A stretch of 64,000 bases of DNA, taken from positions 372,001-436,000 of the forward strand of contig JBHGNT010000026.1 in NCBI GenBank assembly GCA_043228905.1, in the 5' to 3' direction. The translations under genes were made by a program, and so were the position numbers. The notes under the pieces were generated by a model, which was not told where the DNA came from, ran no database searches, and saw nothing but the letters and a program-made list of their open reading frames with translations. Below are positions 55,501 to 64,000 of this stretch, piece by piece; positions within the stretch are counted from its first letter, which is position 1, and each line of letters starts with the position of its first letter. This DNA comes from Azolla caroliniana (Eukaryota; Plantae; Polypodiophyta).

Positions 55501-55952
55501 TGAATTAAAATGTTCATACCTGGCTCGTGTGATATCGGATTTTTGTGTTCAAACATGCGAATCGAAGCTAACAACGCTAGCTATCATATGGAATAAAAAA
55601 AACAAGATTTTAAAACTCAGGTCAAGAGACATGACGAAATTAGCAAATTTGAGGAGTGAGTTGAGAGGAGCCCTTGAGTAAATTAAAATGTTCATACCTA
55701 GCGAGTGTGATATCGGCTTTTTGTGTACAAACATGCGAATCGAAGCTAACAACGCTAGCTATGATATGGAATTAAAAAATCAAGACTTTGAAACTTACGT
55801 CGAGAGATATGACGAAATTAGCAAATTTGAGGAGTGAGTTGAGAGGAGCCCTTGAGTAAATTAAAATGGTCATACCTAGCGAGTGTGATATCGGATTTTT
55901 GTGTACAAACATGCGAATCGAAGCTAACAACGCTAGCTATGATATGGAATTA
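49511..55952. repeat. 18-monomer (3205 bp) tandem duplication
   Basis: ORF offsets 49556/52761, 50446/53651, 50848/54053, 51579/54784 and 52273/55478 all equal 3205 = 18x178+1. Private markers are GAAATTCGCAAA (50300/53505) and AATCAGGATTTTGC. Confidence 0.93.
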
Positions 55953-57469
55953 CAAAATGAAGATTTTGAAACTCAGGTCGAGAGACATGACGAAATTACC
56001 AAATTTGAGGAGGGAGTTGAGAGGGGCCCTTGAGTAAATTAAAATGTTCATACCTAGCGAGTGTGATATCGGATTTTTGTGTTCAAACATGCGAATCGAA
56101 GCTAACAATGCTAGCTATGATATGGAATTAAAAAAGCAAGATTTTGAAACTCAGGTCGAGAGACATGACGAAATTTCCAAATTTCAGGAGGGAGTTGAGA
56201 AGAGCTAGTAGGTAAATTATAATGTTCATACCTGGTTCGTGTGATATCGGATTTTTGTGTTCAAACATGCGAATCGAAGCTAAAAACGCTAGCTATGATA
56301 TGGAATTAAAAAATCAAGATTTTGAAACTCAGGTCGAGAGACATGACGAAATTACCAAATTTGAGGAGTGAGTTAAGAAGAGCTATTAGGTAAATTATAA
56401 TGTTCATACCTGGCTCGTGTGATATCGGATTTCTGTGTTCAAACATGCGAATCGAAGCTAATAACGCTAGCTATGATATGGAATTAAAAAATCAATATTT
56501 TGAAACTCAGGTCGAGAGACATGACGAAATTAGCAAATTTGAGGAGTGAGTTGAGATGAGCCCTTGAGTAAATTAAAATGTTCATACATAGCGAGTGTGA
56601 TATCGGATTTTTGTGTACAAACATGCGAATCGAAGCTAACAACGCTAGCTATGATATGGAATTAAAAAATCAATATTTTGAAACTTACGTCGAGAGATAT
56701 GACGAAATTAGCAAATTTGAGGAGTGAGTTGAGAGGAGCCCTTGAGTAAATTAAAATGGTCATACCTAGCGAGTGTGATATCGGATTTTTGTGTTCAAAC
56801 TTGCGAATCTAAGCTAACAACGCTAGCTATGATATGGAATTAAAAAATCAAGATTTTGAAACTCAGGTCGAGAGACATGACGAAATTACCAAATTTGAGG
56901 AGCGAGTTAAGAAGAGCTATTAGGTACATTACAATGTTCATACCTGGCTCGTGTGATATCGGTTTTTTGTGTTCAAACATGCGAATCGAAGCTAACAATG
57001 CTAGCTATGATATGGAATTAAAAAATCAAGATTTTGAAACTCAGGTCGAGAGACATGAAGAAATTACCAAATTTGAGGAGGGAGTTAAGAAGAGCTATTA
57101 GGTAAATTACAATGTTCATACCTGGCTCGTGTGATATCGGATTTTTGTGTTCAAACATTGGAATCGAAGCTAATAACACTAGGTATGATATAGAATTAAA
57201 AAATCAAGATTTTGAAACTCAGGTCGAGAGACATGACGAAATTACCAAATTTGAGGAGTGAGTTAAGAAGAGCTATTAGGTAAATTATAATGTTCATACC
57301 TGGCTCGTGTGATATCGGATTTCTGTGTTCAAACATGCGAATCGAAGCTAATAACGCTAGCTATGATATGGAATTAAAAAATCAATATTTTGAAACTCAG
57401 GTCGAGAGACATGACGAAATTAGCAAATTTGAGGAGTGAGTTGAGATGAGCCCTTGAGTAAATTAAAAT

Positions 57470-59300
57470 GTTCATACATAGCGAGTGTGATATCGGATTT
57501 TTGTGTACAAACATGCGAATCGAAGCTAACAACGTTAGCTATGATATGGAATTAAAAAATCAAGATTTTGAAACTCAGGTCGAGAGACATGACGAAATTA
57601 CCAAATTTGAGGAGTGAGTTGAGAGGAGCCCTTGAGTAAATTATAATGTTCATACCTGGTTCATGTGATATCGGATTTTTGTGTTCAAACATGCGAATCG
57701 AAGCTAATAACGCTAGCTATGATATGGAATTAAAAAATCAAGATTTTGCAACTCAAGTCAAGAGACATGAAGAAATTACCAAATTTGAGGAGTGAGGTTG
57801 GAAGAGCGCGTGAGTGAATTAAAATGTTCATACCTGGCTCGTGTGATATCGGATTTTTGTGTTCAAACATGCGAATCGAAGCTAACAACGCTAGCTATGA
57901 TATGGAATAAAAAAAACAAGATTTTCAAACTCAGGTCAAGAGACATGACGAAATTAGCAAATTTGAGGAGTGAGTTGAGAGGAGCCCTTGAGTAAATTAA
58001 AATGGTCATACCTAGAGAGTGTGATATCGGATTTTTGTGTACAAACATGCGAATCGAAGCTAACAACGCTAGCTATGATATGGAATTAAAAAATCAAGAC
58101 TTTGAAACTCAGGTCAAGAGACATGACGAAATTACTAAATTTGAGGAGGGAGTTGAGAGGGGCCCTTGAGTAAATTAAAATGGTCATACCTAGCTCGTGT
58201 GATATCGGATTTTTGTGTTCAAACATGCGAATCGAAGCTAACAACGCTAGCTACGACATGGAATAAAAAAAAACAAGATTTTGAAACTCAGGTCAAGAGA
58301 CATGACGAAATTAGCAAATTTGAGGAGTGAGTTGAGAGGAGCCCTTGAGTAAATTAAAATGTTCATACATAGCGAGTGTGATATCGGATTTTTGTGTACA
58401 AACATGCGAATCGAAGCTAACAACGCTAGCTATGATATGGAATTAAAAAAGCAAGATTTTGAAACTCAGGTCGAGAGACATGACGAAATTACCAAATTTG
58501 AGGAGTGAGTTGAGAGGAGCCCTTGAGTAAATTATAATGTTCATACCTGGTTCGTGTGATATCGGATTTTTGTGTTCAAACATGCGAATCGAAGCTAATA
58601 ACGCTAGCTATGATATGGAATTAAAAAATCAAGATTTTGCAACTCAAGTCAAGAGACATGAAGAAATTACCAAATTTGAGGAGTGAGGTTGGAAGAGCGC
58701 GTGAGTGAATTAAAATGTTCATACCTGGCTCGTGTGATATCGGATTTTTGTGTTCAAACATGCGAATCGAAGCTAACAACGCTAGCTATGATATGGAATT
58801 AAAAAATCAAGATTTTCAAACTCAGGTCAAGAGACATGACGAAATTAGCAAATTTGAGGAGTGAGTTGAGAGGAGCCCTTGAGTAAATTAAAATGGTCAT
58901 ACCTAGAGAGTGTGATATCGGATTTTTGTGTACAAACATGCGAATCGAAGCTAACAACGCTAGCTATGATATGGAATTAAAAAATCAAGACTTTGAAACT
59001 CAGGTCAAGAGACATGACGAAATTACTAAATTTGAGGAGGGAGTTGAGAGGGGCCCTTGAGTAAATTAAAATGGTCATACCTAGCTCGTGTGATATCGGA
59101 TTTTTGTGTTCAAACATGCGAATCGAAGCTAACAACGCTAGCTACGACATGGAATAAAAAAAAACAAGATTTTGAAACTCAGGTCAAGAGACATGACGAA
59201 ATTAGCAAATTTGAGGAGTGAGTTGAGAGGAGCCCTTGACTAAATTAAAATGTTCATACATAGCGAGTGTGATATCGGATTTTTGTGTACAAACATGCGA
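57470..59300. repeat. 5-monomer (891 bp) tandem doublet
   Basis: GTGAGGTTGGAAGAGCGCG-type monomers at 57792 and 58683 are each followed by the same run of variants (CCTAGAGAGT, CAAGACTTTG, CTACGACATGG). Confidence 0.8.
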
Positions 59301-60750
59301 ATCGAAGCTAAAAACGCTAGCTATGATATGGAATTAAAAAATCAAGATTTTGAAACTCAGGTCGAGAGACATGACGAAATTACCAAATTTGAGGAGGGAG
59401 TTGAGAGGGGCCCTTGAGTAAATTAATATGTTCATACCTAGCTCGTGTGATATCGGATTTTTGTGTTCAAACATGCGAATCGAAGCTAACAACGCTAGCT
59501 ATGATATGGAATTAAAAAATCAATATTTTGAAACTCAGGTCGAGAGACATGACGAAATTAGCAAATTTGAGGAGTGAGTTGAGATGAGCCCTTGAGTAAA
59601 TTAAAATGTTCATACATAGCGAGTGTGATATCGGATTTTTGTGTACAAACATGCGAATCGAAGCTAACAACGCTAGCTATGATATGGAATTAAAAAATCA
59701 AGATTTTGAAACTCAGGTCGAGAGACATGACGAAATTACCAAATTTGAGGAGGGGGTGGAGAGGGGCCCTTGAGTAAATTAAAATGTTCATACCTAGCTC
59801 GTGTGATATCGGATTTTTGTGTTCAAACATGCGAATCGAAGCTAACAACGCTAGCTACGACATGGAATAAAAAAAACAAGATTTTGAAACTCAGGTCGAG
59901 AGACATGACGAAATTACCAAATTTGAGGAGTGAGTTGAGAGGAGCCCTTGAGTAAATTAAAATGGTCATACCTAGCGAGTGTGATATCGGATTTTTGTGT
60001 ACAAACATGCGAATCGAAGCTAACAACGCTAGGTATGATATAGAATTAAAAAATCAAGATTTTCAAACTCAGGTCGAGAGACATGACGAAATTACCAAAT
60101 TTGAGGAGTGAGTTAAGAAGAGCTATTAGGTAAATTATAATGTTCATACCTGGCTCGTGTGATATCGGATTTCTGTGTTCAAACATGCGAATCGAAGATA
60201 ATAACGCTAGCTATGATATGGAATTAAAAAATCAATATTTTGAAACTCAGGTCGAGAGACATGACGAAATTAGCAAATTTGAGGAGTGAGTTGAGATGAG
60301 CCCTTGAGTAAATTAAAATGTTCATACATAGCGAGTGTGATATCGGATTTTTGTGTACAAACATGCGAATCGAAGCTAACAACGCTAGCTATGATATGGA
60401 ATTAAAAAATCAAGATTTTGAAACTCAGGTCGAGAGACATGACGAAATTACCAAATTTGAGGAGTGAGTTGAGAGGAGCCCTTGAGTAAATTATAATGTT
60501 CATACCTGGTTCGTGTGATATCGGATTTTTGTGTTCAAACATGCGAATCGAAGCTAATAACGCTAGCTATGATATGGAATTAAAAAATCAAGATTTTGCA
60601 ACTCAAGTCAAGAGACATGAAGAAATTACCAAATTTGAGGAGTGAGGTTGGAAGAGCGCGTGAGTGAATTAAAATGTTCATACCTGGCTCGTGTGATATC
60701 GGATTTTTGTGTTCAAACATGCGAATCGAAGCTAACAACGCTAGATATGA

Positions 60751-60770
60751 TATGGAATAAAAACAAGATT
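60751..60770. other. 3-bp contraction of the A-run (175-bp monomer)
   Basis: GGAAT-A5-CAAG replaces the usual GGAAT-A8-CAAG. The overlapping ORFs are 66 aa instead of 67 aa. Confidence 0.9.
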
Positions 60771-63700
60771 TTCAAACTCAGGTCAAGAGACATGACGAAA
60801 TTAGCAAATTTGAGGAGTGAGTTGAGAGGAGCCCTTGAGTAAATTAAAATGTTCATACCTGGTTCGTGTGATATCGGATTTTTGTGTACAAACATGCGAA
60901 TCGAAGCTAACAACGCTAGCTATGATATGGAATTACAAAAGCAAGATTTTGAAACTCAGGTCGAGAGACATGATGAAATTACCAAATTTGAGGAGTGACG
61001 TTGGAAGAGCGCGTGAGTGAATTAAAATGTTCATACCTGGCTCGTGTGATATCGGATTTTTGTGTTCAAACATGCGAATCGAAGCTAACAACGCTAGCTA
61101 TGATATGGAATAAAAAAAACAAGATTTTGAAACTCAGGTCGAGAGACATGACGAAATTACCAAATTTGAGGAGTGAGTTGAGAGGAGCCCTTGAGTAAAT
61201 TAAAATGGTCATACCTAGCGAGTGTGATATCGGATTTTTGTGTACAAACATGCGAATCGAAGCTAACAACGCTAGCTATGATATGGAATTAAAAAATCAA
61301 GATTTTGAAACTCAGGTCGAGAGACATGACGAAATTACCAAATTTGAGGAGGGGGTTGAGAGGGGCCCTTGAGTAAATTAAAATGTTCATACCTAGCTCG
61401 TGTGATATCGGATTTTTGTGTTCAAACATGCGAATCGAAGCTAACAACGCTAGCTATGATATGGAGTAAAAAAAACAAGATTTTGAAACTCAGGTCGAGA
61501 GACATGACGAAATTACCAAATTTGAGGAGTGAGTTGAGAGGAGCCCTTGAGTAAATTAAAATGGTCATACCTAGCGATTGTGATATCGGATTTTTGTGTA
61601 CAAACATGCGAATCGAAGCTAACAACGCTAGCTATGATATGGAATTAAAAAATCAAGATTTTGAAACTTACGTCGAGAGATATGACGAAATTAGCAAATT
61701 TGAGGAGTGAGTTGAGAGGAGCCCTTGAGTAAATTAAAATGTTCATACCTAGCGAGTGTGATATCGGCTTTTTGTGTACAAACATGCGAATCGAAGCTAA
61801 CAACGCTAGCTATGATATGGAATTAAAAAATCAAGACTTTGAAACTTACGTCGAGAGATATGACGAAATTAGCAAATTTGAGGAGTGAGTTGAGAGGAGC
61901 CCTTGAGTAAATTAAAATGGTCATACCTAGCGAGTGTGATATCGGATTTTTGTGTACAAACATGCGAATCGAAGCTAACAACGCTAGCTATGATATGGAA
62001 TTACAAAATGAAGATTTTGAAACTCAGGTCGAGAGACATGACGAAATTACCAAATTTGAGGAGGGAGTTGAGAGGGGCCCTTGAGTAAATTAAAATGTTC
62101 ATACCTAGCGAGTGTGATATCGGATTTTTGTGTTCAAACATGCGAATCGAAGCTAACAATGCTAGCTATGATATGGAATTAAAAAATCAAGATTTTGAAA
62201 CTCAGGTCGAGAGACATGACGAAATTTCCAAATTTCAGGAGGGAGTTGAGAAGAGCTAGTAGGTAAATTATAATGTTCATACCTGGTTCGTGTGATATCG
62301 GATTTTTGTGTTCAAACATGCGAATCGAAGCTAATAACGCTAGCTATGATATGGAATTAAAAAATCAAGATTTTGCAACTCAAGTCAAGAGACATGACGA
62401 AATTACCAAATTTGAGGAGTGAGTTGAGAGGAGCCCTTGAGTAAATTAAAATGGTCATACCTAGCGAGTGTGATATCGGATTTTTGTGTACAAACATGCG
62501 AATCGAAGCTAACAACGCTAGCTATGATATGGAATTAAAAAATCAAGATTTTGAAACTTACGTCGAGAGATATGACGAAATTAGCAAATTTGAGGAGTGA
62601 GTTGAGATGAGCCCTTGAGTAAATTAAAATGGTCATACCTAGCGAGTGTGATATCAGATTTTTGTGTTCAAACATGCGAATCGAAGCTAACAATGCTAGC
62701 TATGATATGGAATTAAAAAATCAAGATTTTGAAACTCAGGTCGAGAGACATGAAGAAATTACCAAATTTGAGGAGGGAGTTATGAAGAGCTATTAGGTAA
62801 ATTACAATGTTCATACCTGGCTCGTGTGATATCGGATTTTTGTGTTCAAACATTGGAATCGAAGCTAACAACACTAGGTATGATATAGAATTAAAAAATC
62901 AAGATTTTGAAACTCAGGTCGAGAGACATGACGAAATTACCAAATTTGAGGAGTGAGTTAAGAAGAGCTATTAGGTAAATTATAATGTTCATACCTGGCT
63001 CGTGTGATATCGGATTTCTGTGTTCAAACATGCGAATCGAAGCTAATAACGCTAGCTATGATATGGAATTAAAAAATCAATATTTTGAAACTCAGGTCGA
63101 GAGACATGACGAAATTAGCAAATTTGAGGAGTGAGTTGAGATGAGCCCTTGAGTAAATTAAAATGTTCATACATAGCGAGTGTGATATCGGATTTTTGTG
63201 TACAAACATGCGAATCGAAGCTAACAACGCTAGCTATGATATGGAATTACAAAATCAAGATTTTGAAACTCAGGTCGAGAGACATGACGAAATTACCAAA
63301 TTTGAGGAGGGAGTTGAGAGGGGCCCTTGAGTAAATTAAAATGTTCATACCTAGCGAGTGTGATATCGGATTTTTGTGTTCAAACATGCGAATCGAAGCT
63401 AACAATGCTAGCTATGATATGGAATTAAAAAATCAAGATTTTGAAACTCAGGTCGAGAGACATGACGAAATTTCCAAATTTCAGGAGGGAGTTGAGAAGA
63501 GCTAGTAGGTAAATTATAATGTTCATACCTGGTTCGTGTGATATCGGATTTTTGTGTTCAAACATGCGAATCGAAGCTAATAACGCTAGCTATGATATGG
63601 AATTAAAAAATCAAGATTTTGCAACTCAAGTCGAGAGACATGAAGAAATTACCAAATTTGAGGAGTGAGGTTGGAAGAGCGCGTGAGTGAATTAAAATGT

Positions 63701-64000
63701 TCATACCTGGCTCGTGTGATATCGGATTTTTGTGTTCAAACATGCGAATCGAAGCTAACAACGCTAGCTATCATATGGAATAAAAAAAACAAGATTTTGA
63801 AATTCAGGTCAAGAGACATGACGAAATTAGCAAATTTGAGGAGTGAGTTGAGAGGAGCCCTTGAGTAAATTAAAATGTTCATACCTAGCGAGTGTGATAT
63901 CGGCTTTTTGTGTACAAACATGCGAATCGAAGCTAACAACGCTAGCTATGATATGGAATTAAAAAATCAAGACTTTGAAACTTACGTCGAGAGATATGAC

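Larger units (their letters stand above)
1..64000. repeat. Tandem satellite DNA array, 178-bp monomer, about 360 copies, single orientation; probably centromeric or pericentromeric
   Basis: CAAGATTTTGAAACTCAGGTCGAGAGACATGA starts at 1 and again at 179, and the unit recurs to the window end. ORF-track offsets are multiples of 178 once the listed indels are counted (534, 1246, 2136, 5518, 8010). The array runs off both ends. The centromeric location is inferred from monomer size and HOR structure only. Confidence 0.99.

Noticed and set aside
784-63939. More than 100 short ORFs of 61-96 aa on both strands (MSKLKCSY..., MRLEERVS..., MLASIRMF..., MKLRSRDM...)
   Set aside because: They are translations of the satellite. 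They open only when a SNP removes a stop such as the TAA in GGAATTAAAA, mostly use TTG or GTG starts, overlap on opposite strands and show no recognisable domain.
1-64000. CRISPR-like layout of constant sequence alternating with a variable 28-bp segment
   Set aside because: The variable segment has only four related haplotypes that recur many times, the constant part is about 150 bp, and there are no cas genes or leader.
1-64000. Inversions or retrotransposon insertions within the array
   Set aside because: I looked for these and saw none. Monomers stay in one orientation, and the register arithmetic leaves no room for foreign inserts.

Overview
The whole 64 kb window is one uninterrupted, head-to-tail, single-orientation array of a 178-bp satellite monomer. 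It holds about 360 copies, and the first monomer is 38% GC by hand count. The monomer size, homogeneity and nested higher-order repeats (HORs) are typical of a eukaryotic centromeric or pericentromeric satellite. I cannot assign a species or a named family. I found no genes, RNA genes, transposon insertions or inversions, and every ORF in the track is a translation of the repeat. The information lies in the variant pattern. There are four discrete 28-bp haplotypes at one monomer segment and in-register duplications of 1, 3, 5, 7, 10, 11/12, 18 and 26 monomers. A 6.1-kb block is copied 15,245 bp away. There are also a few out-of-register junctions: -40 bp, -20 bp (twice), -3 bp, and a 62-bp templated patchwork insertion (twice). 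Breakpoints were read by eye and checked against ORF-track offsets, so they are approximate. I see no evidence for a novel protein-coding system.
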